DNA from: Ranitomeya imitator
Taxonomy: Eukaryota
Direction of reading: 5' to 3'
NCBI RefSeq assembly: GCF_032444005.1
Contig: NC_091289.1
Span: forward strand, 5,766,001-5,830,000
Length of the DNA stretch: 64,000 nucleotides
A model generated the notes under the pieces. It was given only the letters and a program-made list of their open reading frames with translations. It did no database searches and had not been told where the DNA came from. Below, piece by piece: positions 51,361 through 64,000 of this stretch (position 1 is its first letter; each line of letters opens with the position of its first letter). Position numbers and translations under genes: made by a program.

Positions 51361-53149
51361 TGTTTCTGATGAGATTTAGGTTCCTCGCACTTTATTTTGG
51401 AGTTTGTGCCTTAGACAGAATCCAAAATTCCAAAAATGAATTTTTGTTGTTGTTGGACCCCTCCCAGGATGCATTGTGGTATCTGCCGCCAACCACAAAT
51501 GGAAATAAATCACAGTAATGAGAAGGCAGAAAAGGGGACGAGGAATGAAAAAGGGGGAACTGAATTTAAATGGGACTTCTGTATGAATGTGGAGGCCGGA
51601 GCGGTGGCCAACCGTGAAGCTCATGGGCCCCAATGCCAAAGCTCCAACAGGGCCCCACTTATTGCAAACCTTTAATAGTGTTGGTATATTCATATAGGCC
51701 AAGGGGACTTTGGGGGCCGTTTAGGCTTCGGGACCCGGGTGTAAACCCTGCACCTACTGTAGCTATGTCCCTGGGCAGGGTCCGCACTTCTGGCTGCTCA
51801 TCGTCACCGGACTGGACGGAATCCGCAGAAAGAAAACAATGTAACAAGAGCGGAGATCGTTACAGTATCCGCTACTGTCCATATAATCCGGCATCTGATA
51901 ATCGGGAGCAGCATCTGAAGGGGCTGTGACCACCAAGAGCTACGAACCCGAGGCCCCCCATGGGGCCCGTAGACCGAGGGGCCCAAACCTGGATGGTCTT
52001 CTCCTTTGCTGATTGGGTGAAGGGAACCTGTATAGGTGGGAGCAAAGAAAGGTGTGCAGGAGGGTGTGAAGGGGTCCTTCTGTTCTATAAGTCAGACCCC
52101 CACCCCTCGAAATGAAGCACTGCCATTAGCAGCAGCAGCACAGAGGATTTCCAGCACTGGGCTCATGCTGCCGCAGGAGACCTGGAAATACATTTTTCTT
52201 TATTTTCGGAGTTAATTCCGAGTTGTGAGACGGATTGTTCTGCCCGGGGTTCAGGAACGCGGCTATTTTCTCTGAACCCCCTGAGAGGAGCTTTATGTAA
52301 TTCGCTCAGTAGAGCTGGAACAGCATTACAATCCCTGAATGTCGGAAAAAAACAAAAAAAAAGAATTTTGCAGAAATTTCAACGTTTTCCACATCGTGAA
52401 CCACAAAATAAGTAAATATTGAACTAAAAATGTAACAAAAAGTAGCAGAAACCTCAAATCCACGTCTGATCCTGGGGGGGGATGTAAATGTCCTTTATCA
52501 TCCACATATGGGAGTGGAGGGCTCAGGTTACAGCTCGGTCCCTTTCTCCTTCTGCTTTTTTCCTTTCCTCTGGAAACATCTCGGTGTTTGGTCTCCGCAG
52601 AGAATCATTTACCAGGAATCGTCTGCAAGGACCAAGAACCTGGGGACAATTTTCAGGTTGGTGAAACTTAGTTGGAAACTTTTGGCATCTCCTGAGGTCG
52701 CTGGACCTTCACAAGGAGACAATGGAGGAGAGTTCTAGATGGCAATGGCGGGAGGTCACACATGCTCCATCTGATCAATGTATACTCACATGTAGCAGAG
52801 CTGACATTGTCATCTAGAAGAACTCACACAATGTGTTATTTGCAAACAGTACTAATGCATTCCCTACGCTCTATAAAGGTTTAATGACAAACTCAGCTCT
52901 GCTATATCTTATGTACGTGAATTGTGGTTGTGGAGGATTCTCCTGTCTTGTCCAACATGTAAATGAAGTCCAAGGTCAGTATGTAACTTTTATAGTGTGC
53001 CAATACTGTGTCATGTTATTTACAAGTCTGATGCCACTTACACTAAATGTCATAATAAGGCTATTAGCATAATAGAAATCACAAGGCACTTTCATTGGAT
53101 GCCATAGATAAGGCAGCCACCACGAGAGGGAGTCCGTGAGCTCAAGGTG

Positions 53150-55915
53150 TATACAGCATGTAGGGAGCTCCCCCTAGTGGTGACTGCAGTCAGGATCTTA
53201 TCATGTATCTCTATATACAGGGAGCTCCCCCTAGTGGTGGATGCAGACAGGATCTTATCATGTGTTTTTTGTATACAGGGAGCTCCCCCTAGTGGTGACT
53301 GCAGACAGGATCTTATCATGTATCTCTGTATACAGGGAGCTCCCCCTAGTGGTGACTGCAGACAGGATCTTATCATGTCTCTATATACAGGGAGCTCCCC
53401 CTAGTGGTGGCTGTAGACAGGATCTTATCACGTATCTCTGTATACAGGGAGCTCCCCCTAGTGGTGACTGCAGACAGGATCTTATCATGTATCTCTGTAC
53501 ACAGGGAGCTCCCCCTAGTGGTGGCTGCAGACAGGATCTTATCACGTATCTCTGTATACAGGGAGCTCCCACTAGTGGTGGCTGCAGACAGGATCTTATC
53601 ATATATCTCTGTATACAGGGAGCTCCCCCTAGTGGTGGCTGCAGACAGGATCTTATCACGTATCTCTGTATACAGGGAGCTCCCCCTAGTGGTGACTGCA
53701 GACAGGGTCTTATCATGTATCTCTGTATACAGGGAGCTCCCCCTAGTGGTGACTGCAGACAGGATCTTATCATGTATCTCTGTATACAGGGAGCTCCCCC
53801 TAGTGGTGACTGCAGACAGGATCTTATCATGTATCTCTGTATACAGGGAGCTCCCCCTAGTGGTGGCTGCAGACAGGATCTTATCACGTATCTCTGTATA
53901 CAGGGAGCTCCCCCTAGTGGTGGCCGCAGACAGGATCTTATCACGTATCTCTGTATACAGGGAGCTCCCCCTAGTGGTGACTGCAGACAGGGTCTTATCA
54001 TGTATCTCTGTATACAGGGAGCTCCCCCTAGTGGTGACTGCAGACAGGATCTTATCATGTATCTCTGTATACAGGGAGCTCCCCCTAGTGGTGGCTGCAG
54101 ACAGGATCTTATCATGTATCTCTGTATACAGGGAGCTCCCCCTAGTGGTGGCCGCAGACAGGATCTTATCACGTATCTCTGTATACAGGGAGCTCCCCCT
54201 AGTGGTGGCTGCAGACAGGATCTTATCACGTATCTCTGTATACAGGGAGCTCCCCCTAGTGGTGACTGCAGACTAGATCTTATCATGTATCTCTGTATAC
54301 AGGGAGCTCCCCCTAGTGGTGGCTGCAGACAGGATCTTATCATGTATCTCTGTATACAGGGAGCACCCCCTAGTGGTGGCTGCAGACAGGATCTTATCAT
54401 GTATCTCTGTATACAGGGAGCTCCCCCTAGTGGTGACTGCAGACAGGGTCTTATCATGTATCTCTGTATACAGGGAGCTCCTCCTAGTGGTGACTGCAGA
54501 CAGGGTCTTATCATGTATCTCTGTATACAGGGAGCTCCTCCTAGTGGTGACTGCAGACAGGATCTTATCATGTATCTCTGTATACTGGGAGCTCCCCCTA
54601 GTGGTGGCTGCAGACAGGATCTTATCATGTATCTCTGTATACAGGGAGCTCCCCCTAGTGGTGACTGCAGACTAGATCTTATCATGTATCTCTGTATACA
54701 GGGAGCTCCCCCTAGTGGTGACTGCAGACAGGGTCTTATCATGTATCTCTGTATACAGGGAGCTCCTCCTAGTGGTGACTGCAGACAGGATCTTATCATG
54801 TATCTCTGTATACTGGGAGCTCCCCCTAGTGGTGGCTGCAGACAGGATCTTATCATGTATCTCTGTATACAGGGAGCTCCCCCTAGTGGTGACTGCAGAC
54901 TAGATCTTATCATGTATCTCTGTATACAGGGAGCTCCCCCTAGTGGTGGCTGCAGACAGGATCTTATCATGTATCTCTGTATACAGGAAGCACCCCCTAG
55001 TGGTGGCTGCAGACAGGATCTTATCATGTATCTCTGTATACAGGGAGCTCCCCCTAGTGGTGGCTACAGACAGGATCTTATCATGTATCTCTGTATACAG
55101 GGAGCTCCCCCTAGTGGTGACTGCAGACAGGATCTTATCATGTATGTCTATATACAGGGAGCTCCCCCTAGTGGTGGCTGCAGACAAGATCTTATCATGT
55201 ATCTCTGTATACAGGGAGCTCCCCCTAGTGGTGGCTGCAGACAGGATCTTATCATGTATCTCTGTATACAGGGAGCTCCCCCTAGTGGTGACTCCAGACT
55301 GGATCTTATCATGTATGTCTATATACAGGGAGCTCCCCCTAGTGGTGGCTGCAGACAGGATCTTATCATGTATCTCTGTATACAGGGTGCTCCCCCTAGT
55401 GGTGACTGCAGACAGGATCTTATCATGTATCTCTGTATACAGGGAGCTCCCTCTAGTGGTGACTGCAGACAGGATCTTATCATGTATCTCTGTATACAGG
55501 GAGCTCCCCCTAGTGGTGGCTGCAGACAGGATCTTATCATGTATCTCTGTATACAGGGAGCTCCCCCTAGTGGTGACTGCAGACAGGATCTTATCATGTA
55601 TCTCTGTATACAGGGAGCTCCCCCTAGTGGTGGCTGCAGACAGGATCTTATCATGTATCTCTGTATACAGGGAGCCCTCCCTAGTGGTGGCTGCAGACAG
55701 GATCTTATCATGTATATCTGTATACAGGGAGCTCCCCCTAGTGGTGGCTGTAGACAGGATCTTATCATGTGTCTCTGTATACAGGGAGCTCCCCCTAGTG
55801 GTGACTGCAGACAGGATCTTATCATGTATCTCTGTATACAGGGAGCTCCCCCTAGTGGTGACTGCAGACAGGATCTTATCATTTATCTCTGTATACAGGG
55901 TGCTCCCCCTAGTGG
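53150..55915. repeat. 57-bp satellite, array 3 (about 48 copies), ending about 100 bp before the fibulin exon acceptor
   Basis: Same unit and orientation as array 1. Confidence 0.97.
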
Positions 55916-56066
55916 TTTCTCTAAGAATTTTCTAATGTAACTATTTCTGTGCAGTGGATTTGGAGCTCTGTATCACTCACTGTAATGTCTTATTCTTGGT
56001 CTTCTCTCCTCAGGTACATTACATTGTTCATCTGACTGACACATTTCCATCCATTTGGCTTTGAAC

Positions 56067-57258
56067 ATGAACAGAATAAATAAGTCGGTATTTTTAGTGG
56101 TTTTCATTTTACTGTCACAATGCACCAAACCCTCCTTGTCTCAGGCCGACTGCTCAGGGGCTGTGTGCAAACCCCTGGAGAATTGTATATTGGAGGTGGT
56201 GGAGGTGGGGTCCTGCTGCCCATCGTGTGCACAGCTCGGGTGCCCATGTGAAGGTTACCAGTACTATGACTGCGTCAGTGTTGGATTTCAAGGTGGAAAA
56301 GTTCCTGAAGGCGAGTCTTACTTTGTCGACTTTGGCAGCACGGAGTGCAGGTGCCCCCCAGGAGGTGGAAGGATCAATTGCCATTTTATACCGTGTCCCG
56401 AACTTCCACCAAATTGCATTGACATCCTGCAGCCGGCAGACGGCTGCGCTCAGTGTGGTCGGATTGGCTGCATCCATGGCGAGGAGAAGTACGAGGCCGG
56501 GCACACGTTTCACATGTCGCCCTGTAAGGTCTGCCATTGCCCCAATGCTGGGGGCGACTTAATGTGCTATGCCCTTCCTGACTGTGACATGGAGGGAGAT
56601 AACACCACCGAGAGCGACCCCGAGAGACAGTTTGACTACCTCTACAGCCACGAGCAGGACCCTCAGGAGATTGTGGATAAAAACAATAATTACAAGAGGA
56701 ATGCTCTGCAGGATCACTCCATGGTGGACTATGAAGATGTCACCGACGAAGAGGTGACCATCTTATCAACCACTGCAACTCCCATCATCTTGGTGGAATA
56801 CACCACTGCCCATTACTCAACTGATCCTACTACCCAACCATCCACCATGATCTACCCCTCCGAGAGCAGCACCACCATGGCTCCCATGACTTCCGAGAGT
56901 GGGGATAATGCCAAGACCACCGCCCAACCAGATGTGGCAGAGCCAAGCACCAGCCCTGCCCCCACCTCCCCGTATGAACCCATGGAGGAAATCAAAGCCT
57001 CGTCGATGGCAAACAGCACGGAGAAAGGCGAAACCCTGGAATCAGCGCCACCAATAAACCAAACACAGGAGCCGGATCTGGGAGCAAATAAAGATGATTT
57101 CCCAGAAAGGGAAAAGGAAGGAAACAACGTTTCCACAACCGTGAAAGCAACAGCGACATCTGTTCACTGGAGCACAAGTCCCTCCGAGGGGCCACAGGTC
57201 ACCTTCCCTACTCTGGGGGCCCCGAAGGACGTTCTCAATCAATCTAGACCCCATGATG
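56067..57258 (+). CDS. fbln2: Fibulin-2-like protein, first coding exon (signal peptide, Cys-rich Na domain, acidic Ser/Thr/Pro-rich Nb domain); gene incomplete in this window
   Basis: Polypyrimidine-CAG acceptor at 56012-56013 and first ATG at 56067. Signal peptide MNRINKSVFLVVFILLSQCTKPSLS, then fibulin-2 signatures CEGYQYYDC, YFVDFGSTECRCPPGGG and CPELPPNC. Phase-1 donor G|GTAAGA after 57258. It could be the fbln2 orthologue or a paralogue. Confidence 0.88.
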
Positions 57259-57668
57259 GTAAGATGCTGTGTACACGAGGAGAGGGAGCTACATTTAGGG
57301 TAAGGTTACACTTGTGACTATGGATCTGACATGTGGACCCTGGGCCCCTCCAGTCACTCTGGAACTTCAGCCCCCAACTTACTGACATGACTGGAGAATC
57401 TCAGGATCCAATGCATTCAATATACTAATCGCCAGATCCTCAGTCAGCCCTCTTGGCCCATCCAAAGCCCCATGAGGCTCAAGCATAGACCAAATGTGCA
57501 ATAAATCAGGTTTAAAGGGGCCCTGTCTGCAAGGTGGGGGGGGGGCATTGCCACCTAAAAGGGAAATAGTAACACACCAACAGTGAATTAGGTGTCGCTT
57601 AAAAGATGCACATAGACAATGGCAGACACATAGGACCCCTGTTCAAGAAATGAACAGTATATGGGCCG

Positions 57669-60600
57669 CAGTGGTGTAACTATAGTCTGATGGGCCCCCT
57701 GGTATAATACCACATACAAGGGAGAAATATTGTTAACCGTGACCAGACCACATATGACCACCACATAGTGACTGAATACTACAATACTGATCATTAATAG
57801 AAACAATACTAACAACACTGTTATTACCACCAGTGACATTATACACAGGAGCTCTGTATATAGTGTCAGTGTACAGGTAATACAGTGATCACCAGTGCCA
57901 TTATACACAGGAGCTCTGTATATAGTGTATATTGTACAGGTAATACAATGATCACTAGTGACATTATACACAGGAGCTCTGTATATAGTGTCAGTGTACA
58001 GGTAATGCAATGATCACTAGTGACATTATACACAGGAGCTCTGTATATAGTGTCGGTGTACAGATAATACAGTTATCTCCAGTGACATTATACACAGGAG
58101 CTCTGGATATAGTGTCAGTGTACAGGTAATATAGCGATCACCAGTGACATTATACAAAGGAGCTCTGTATATAGTGTAAATTGTGCGTATGCATGTGATA
58201 CAATGACTCACTGGTGACATCTCTAGGTGAAGTCCTTCATCCTCACTTTTCTTCTTCATCGGGCACAAACGGCTATCAGTTTTTCCTGCCGAGACTGGTG
58301 TCTGCAGAGAATAACACAGTCCTTAATATCTGATCTCCTCTAGAGCACATTCCTCACTTTTTCCCCGACTTCTACACTATGCCAGATGAAGAAAATAAGC
58401 AATATAATGCCATCCTGCACAGTAACAGGACCCCCCATTTATTCCACCCTATGGAAAATAGTCTCCTAAAAAGTAAATTATATTATGTAATAGAGTCCCC
58501 TAGTTGCCCCCTACAGTAATTATATGTCCCTTAGCCTGGCTGATCTCCATGCATATCCCTTTGCCTGACTGGCCCCTATGTCCCTTGGCCCAGCTGGCCC
58601 CCATGTCTCTTGACCTGGCTGACCTCCATGTCCCTTGGCCTGGTTGGCTCCATGTCCCTTTTCCTGGTTGGCCCCCATGTCCCTTGGCCTGGTTGGCCCC
58701 CATGTCCCTTGGTCTGGTTGGCCCCCATGTCCTTTGGCCTGGCTGGTCTCCATGTCCCTTGGCCTGGCTGGCCCCATGTTCCTTGGCCTGGCTGGTCTCC
58801 ATGTCCCTTGGCCTGGCAGGCCCCATGTTCCTTGGCCTGGCTGGTCTCCATGTCCCCTGGCCTGGCTGGCCCCATGTTCCTTGGCCTGGTTGGACTCCAT
58901 GTCCCTTGGCCTGGCTGGCCCCCATGTCCCTTGGCCTGGTTGGCCCCCATGTCCCTTGGCCTGGTTGGCCCCCATGTCCTTTGGCCTGGCTGGTCTCCAT
59001 GTCCCTTGGCCTCGCTGGCTCCATGTTCCTTAGCCTGGCTGGTCTCCATGTCCCTTGGCCTGGCTGGCCCCATGTTCCCTGGCCTGGCTGGCCCCATTTT
59101 CCTTGGCCTGGTTGGACTCCATGTCCCTTGGCCTGGCTGGCCCCCATGTCCCTTGGCCTGGTTGGCCCCCATGTCCCTTGGCCTGGTTGGCCCCCATGTC
59201 CTTTGGCCTGGCTGGTCTCCATGTCCCTTGGCCTCGCTGGCTCCATGTTCCTTAGCCTGACTGGTCTCCATGTCCCTTGGCCTGGCTGGCCCCATGTTCC
59301 CTGGCCTGGCTGGCCCCATTTTCCTTGGCCTGGTTGGACTCCATGTCTCTTGGCCTTGCCGGCCCCCATGTCCCTTGGCCTGGTTGGCCCCCATGTCCTT
59401 TGGCCTGGCTGGTGTCCATGTCCCTTGGCCTGGCTGACCCCCATGTCCCTTGGCCTCGCTGGCTCCATGTTCCTTAGCCTGGCTGGCCTCCATGTCCCTT
59501 GGCCTGGCTGGCCCCATGTTCCCTGGCCTGGCTGGCCCCATGTTCCTTGGCCTGGTTGGACTCCATGTCCCTTGGCCTGGCTGGCCCCCATGTCCCTTGG
59601 CCTGGTTGGCCCCCTTGTCCTTTGGCCTGGCTGGTCTCCATGTCCCTTGGCCTCGCTGGCTCCATGTTCCTTAGCCTGGCTGGTCTCCATGTCCCTTGGC
59701 CTGGCTGGCCCCATGTTCCCTGGCCTGGCTGGCCCCATTTTCCTTGGCCTGGTTGGACTCCATGTCCCTTGGCTTTGCCGGCCCCCATGTCCCTTGGCCT
59801 GGTTGGCCCCCATGTCCTTTGGCCTGGCTGGTGTCCATGTCCCTTAGCCTGGCTGACCCCCATGTCCCTTGGCCTGGCTGGCTCCATGTTCCTTTGCCTG
59901 GCTGGGCTTCATGTTCCTTTGCCTGGCTGGACTCCATGTCCCTTGGCCTGGCTGGCCCCATGTTCCTTGGCCTGGCTGGCCCCATGTTCCTTGGTCTGGT
60001 TGGACTCCATGTCCCCTGGCCTGGCTGGCCCCATGTTCCTTGGCCTGGTTGGACTCCATGTCCCTTGGCCTGGCTGGCCCCCATGTCCCTTGGCCTGGTT
60101 GGCCCCCATGTCCTTTGGCCTGGCTGGTCTCCATGTCCCTTGGCCTCGCTGGCTCCATGTTCCTTAGCCTGGCTGGTCTCCATGTCCCTTGGCCTGGCTG
60201 GCCCCATGTTCCCTGGCCTGGCTGGCCCCATTTTCCTTGGCCTGGTTGGACTCCATGTCCCTTGGCCTTGCCGGCCCCCATGTCCCTTGGCCTGGTTGGC
60301 CCCCATGTCCTTTGGCCTGGCTGGTGTCCATGTCCCTTGGCCTGGCTGACCCCCATGTCCCTTGGCCTCGCTGGCTCCATGTTCCTTAGCCTGGCTGGCC
60401 TCCATGTCCCTTGGCCTGGCTGGCCCCATGTTCCCTGGCCTGGCTGGCCCCATGTTCCTTGGCCTGGTTGGACTCCATGTCCCTTGGCCTGGCTGGCCCC
60501 CATGTCCCTTGGCCTGGTTGGCCCCCTTGTCCTTTGGCCTGGCTGGTCTCCATGTCCCTTGGCCTCGCTGGCTCCATGTTCCTTAGCCTGGCTGGTCTCC

Positions 60601-61587
60601 ATGTCCCTTGGCCTGGCTGGCCCCATGTTCCCTGGCCTGGCTGGCCCCATTTTCCTTGGCCTGGTTGGACTCCATGTCCCTTGGCTTTGCCGGCCCCCAT
60701 GTCCCTTGGCCTGGTTGGCCCCCATGTCCTTTGGCCTGGCTGGTGTCCATGTCCCTTAGCCTGGCTGACCCCCATGTCCCTTGGCCTGGCTGGCTCCATG
60801 TTCCTTTGCCTGGCTGGGCTTCATGTTCCTTTGCCTGGCTGGACTCCATGTCCCTTGGCCTGGCTGGCCCCATGTTCCTTGGCCTGGCTGGCCCCATGTT
60901 CCTTGGTCTGGTTGGACTCCATGTCCCTTGGCCTGGCTGGCCCCCATGTTCCTTGGCCTGGTTGGCCCCCATGTCCTTTGGCCTGGCTGGTCTCCTTGTC
61001 CCTTGGCCTGGCTGACCCCCATGTCCCTTGGCCTGGCTGGCTCCATGTTCCTTTGCCTGGCTGGTCTCCATGTCCCTTGGCCTGGCTGGCTCCATGTTCC
61101 TTAGCCTGACTGGTCTATATGTCCTTTGGCCTGGCTGGCCCCCTTTCCCGTGGCCTGGCTGGCCCCCATGTCCTTTAGCCTGGCTGGTCTTCATGTCCCA
61201 TGGCCTGGCTGGCCCCCATTTCTCTTGTCATGGCCCCAGTATCCGCATCCACAGAAGAAAAAAAAGATTCCTCTGATCCCTGAGCCCAGAGGCCAGCGGC
61301 TGACATGAGTGCACGCCTCACAGGTGGCACGACAGTGACGTCATATGCCGGTGACATCACTGTCATTCGCTGCCTGCGATGGGCACACTCACATCAGCCG
61401 CCGTCTTCATTAACTAATGCGGCGGGACAATGCATTTGACAGAATGTGCATCCTCGTACATATATTCCGTTGAAATCAGTGGGCCCGCTCTACATCCTGC
61501 TATATCCAACTGAAGTATTTGCTGGCATCGGCAACCCCTGACCCACTGGGTCCGGTGACTACTGCAACTGCTGTCATTACGCCCCTG
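57669..61587 (-). mobile_element. Non-autonomous hAT-type element 3 (3.9 kb), inverted relative to elements 1 and 2, in a fbln2-like intron
   Basis: Ends CAGTGGTGTAAC / ATTACGCCCCTG. The interior 57700-58500 is the reverse complement of element 2 sequence (e.g. GATGAAGGACTTCACCTAGAGA, GTATTCAGTCACTATGTGG). The TSD is not conserved (ATGGGCCG vs ATAAGCTC). Confidence 0.7.
58590..61220. repeat. 24-25-bp minisatellite inside hAT element 3, with 222-bp and 912-bp periods
   Basis: Unit CCATGTCCCTTGGCCTGGCTGGCC. Confidence 0.95.
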
Positions 61588-62399
61588 ATAAGCTCATCTT
61601 TGTGACTGCTTTATGATTTGGAGGTGGTACTGGCCCCCACACCTCCTGGGCCCCTGTGTGGCTGCACATGTTCCGCCAATGATACGTCCGCCCCTGCATA
61701 GAGGTGCACTATAGAATTATCAGACTGGGGGGTGGACTTTTAGGAGAGCCGTGATGGATCCACACAATGATGAGCCAATGATGCTCAGGCCTTCCTGCTC
61801 CACAGATTCCTTATAGCGCCCCCTGTGGAAGTGACCAGTATCACTCATCAGGGTTCAATGTCAAGGTGGGCAGGTTCTAAAGTCATCTAGAGCCGCCAGC
61901 CGTCAGCGGTGTGTATTATATGCACATGGCCAGCCATAGTTCTCAAGGTAGAAAGGTCTCTGCAGAGTGGTCCGGAAAGGGAGGAGAATCTGAGGGAGAG
62001 AAGGATCTGAAGGGGACACAGGAATTGTAAAGGGTATGGAGGAATTTTGAAGAGAATTTGTGGTCTGGAGGGAACAGAGTTGTCTGGAGATGGGCAGAGG
62101 GATCTGGAGGAAGACATACAAGTCTTGAGGAAGACAGTTAAGTCTGGGAGAGGACAAGGAAGTCTGGAGGATAACAGAAGATTCTGGAGTGGGACAGAGG
62201 GATTTGCAGGATTACAGAGGAGTCTGGAGGGGGACAGAGGGGTCTGGAGGGGGAAAGGGGAGCTGGACAAGATCATGGGAGTCAGGAGGAGGAGGACAGG
62301 GCCGTATAGAGGGAGAGAGATAAGTCTGGAGGAGGACTGGAGAGTCTGGAAAAAACAAGGGAGCATGGAGGATGACAGAGGGGAGTCTGAATGATAACA

Positions 62400-63730
62400 G
62401 AGGAGTCTGGAGGGGTACTGAGGAGTTGGGAAAAGGACAGGTGAGTCTAAGAGGAGATAGATAAGTCTGGAGGAGGACTAGATGTCGTCATGAGGAAGTG
62501 AGTCTGGAGGATGACGGGGGTCTGGAGAATAACAGAGGAGTCTGGAGGAGAACAGGTATGTCTAGAGGGAGATAGATAAGTATGGAGGAGGACAGAGGAA
62601 TCAAGAGGGAGACAGAGGGGTCTGGAGGGAGATAGAAGGGTCTAGAGGGAGACGGAGGAGTCAGGAGGGAGACAGAGGGGTCTGGAGGGAGACAGAGGGG
62701 TCTGGAGGGAAACAGGAGTCAGGAGGGAGACAGAGGAGTCAGAAGGGAGACAAAGGGGTCTGGAGGGAGACAGAGGAGTCAGGAGGGAGACAGAGGTGTG
62801 TCTGGAGGGAGACAGAGGAGTCAGGAGGGAGACAAAGGGGTCTGGAGGGAGACAGAGGAGTCAGGAGGGAGACAGAGGAGTCAGGAGGGAGACAGAGGAG
62901 TCAGGAGGGAGACAGAGGGGTCTGGAGGGAGACAGATGAGTCAGGAGGGAGGCAGGAGTCTGGAGGGAGACAGAGGAGACTGGAGGGAGACAGAGGAGTC
63001 TGGAGGGAGACAGAGGAGTCAGGAGGGAGACAGGAGTCTGGAGGGAGACAGAGGAGTCTGGAGGGAGACAGAGGAGTCTGGAGGGAGACAGAGGAGTCTG
63101 GAGGGAGACAGAGGAGTCAGGAGGGAGACAGGAGTCTGGAGGGAGACAGAGGAGTCTGGAGGGAGACAGATGAGTCTGGAGGGAGACAGAGGAGTCAGGA
63201 GGGAGACAGAGGGGTCTGGAGGGAGACAGAGGAGTCAGGAGGGAGACAGGAGTCTGGAGGGAGACAGAGGAGTCTGGAGGGAGACAGATGAGTCTGGAGG
63301 GAGACAGAGGAGTCAGGAGGGAGACAGAGGGGTCTGGAGGGAGACAAATGAGTCAGGAGGGAGACAGAGGGGTCTGGAGGGAGACAGAGGAGTCAGGAGG
63401 GAGACAGGAGTCTGGAGGGAGACGGAGGAGTCTGGAGGGAGACAGAGGAGTCTGGAGGGAGACAGAGGAGTCAGGAGGGAGACAGAGGAGTCAGGAGGGA
63501 GACAGAGGGGTCAGGAGGGAGACAGAGGAGTCTGGAGGATAACAGAGGAGTCTGGAGGGAGACAGAGGGGTCTGGAGGGAGACAGAGGGGTCTGGAGGAT
63601 AACAGAGGGGTCTGGAGGATAACAGAGGGGTCTGGAGGATAACAGAGGGGTCTGGAGGAGTAGAGATGGATCTGGAGGGGAAAGATGAGTCTTGTGGGGA
63701 CGGGAGTCTGGAGGGAGACAGAGGGGTCTG
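62400..63730. repeat. 20-bp purine-rich minisatellite
   Basis: Unit GGAGGGAGACAGAGGAGTC(T/A), with 18-bp variants and decayed flanks. Confidence 0.93.
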
Positions 63731-64000
63731 TAGGGCATAGATTAGTTGTGAGGGGAAGATTAGGGTCTGTAGGGGGACAGAGGAGTACATGTGGAAATGG
63801 AGTCTGGAGAAATAGCTGTTGGCCAATGAAGATGCCATGTTTAGCCGTAGCCGGGGCCACTATGGACTCCTCGTTTGTCACATGGTGCTGAAGATTGGCT
63901 GTGAATTGCTGAGGAAGGTGAGAATCCTGCAGGTAGGGACTGGGGCTGAAATTCTGGTCCCTGAGGACTTGCTTGCTGCTGATTTCCCTTGTAATTATCT

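Noticed and set aside
49540-51775. Further small hAT-like ends (GTTCGCCTCTG near 49700, GCTATGTCCCTG near 51772; also CCGCCCCTG near 61696)
   Set aside because: I could not pair them with left ends or TSDs, so boundaries are unsupported.
44240-52700. Non-coding first exon or promoter of the fibulin gene (candidates near 44300-44600 and 52100-52700)
   Set aside because: No decisive motif or donor could be identified; this needs transcript data.
53241-55940. 899-aa ORF of 19-aa repeats (also the ORFs at 2-895 and 3325-4617)
   Set aside because: The 57-bp unit is a multiple of 3 and happens to lack stops. The same unit occurs at three loci in both orientations with no coding context.
56055-57317. 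ORF-track boundaries for the fibulin gene
   Set aside because: The TTG start is upstream of the real ATG (56067), and the last 19 codons run past the GTAAGA donor into the intron.
58500-61276. PGQG/ARPR-rich, gluten- or elastin-like ORFs
   Set aside because: These are the minisatellite inside hAT element 3, open in many frames, with no splice context linking them to the fibulin gene.
57259-64000. Next fibulin exon (anaphylatoxin-like CC motif)
   Set aside because: I found no Cys-patterned exon with splice sites here. The 63471-63881 ORF is on the wrong strand and mostly repeat, so the exon probably lies beyond the window.

Overview
This is eukaryotic, intron-rich vertebrate DNA, most likely from a frog (inferred from the protein sequences and repeat families), not a prokaryotic window; most entries in the ORF track are artefacts of tandem repeats. 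Three protein-coding genes can be assembled by hand from GT-AG splice sites. (1) A complete 9-exon twinfilin-2 gene on the minus strand (CDS 20911 to 1810, 349 aa), with a second in-frame start giving an MFLVLV N-terminus like the muscle twinfilin-2b isoform. (2) A complete 6-exon slow/cardiac-type troponin C gene on the minus strand (CDS 34392 to 22897, 161 aa, Q29/D30). (3) The first coding exon of a fibulin-2-like gene on the plus strand (56067-57258), which continues beyond the window. About half of the window (roughly 34 kb by my hand count) is about 20 minisatellite/satellite arrays. The rest includes three related non-autonomous hAT-type elements (two with perfect 8-bp TSDs), a TTAA-flanked piggyBac-like element carrying telomere-like repeats, two decayed Tc1 elements, a probable solo LTR and many palindromic MITE fragments. 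No tRNA, rRNA or CRISPR array is supported, and I cannot demonstrate a new biological system. The best leads are a possibly paralogous twf2-tnnc1-fbln2 block, a dual-promoter twf2, arrays of CTCF-like motifs bracketing the muscle genes, and a hAT family with a promoter/exon skeleton and an exchangeable minisatellite slot. Protein comparisons are from memory and need database confirmation.
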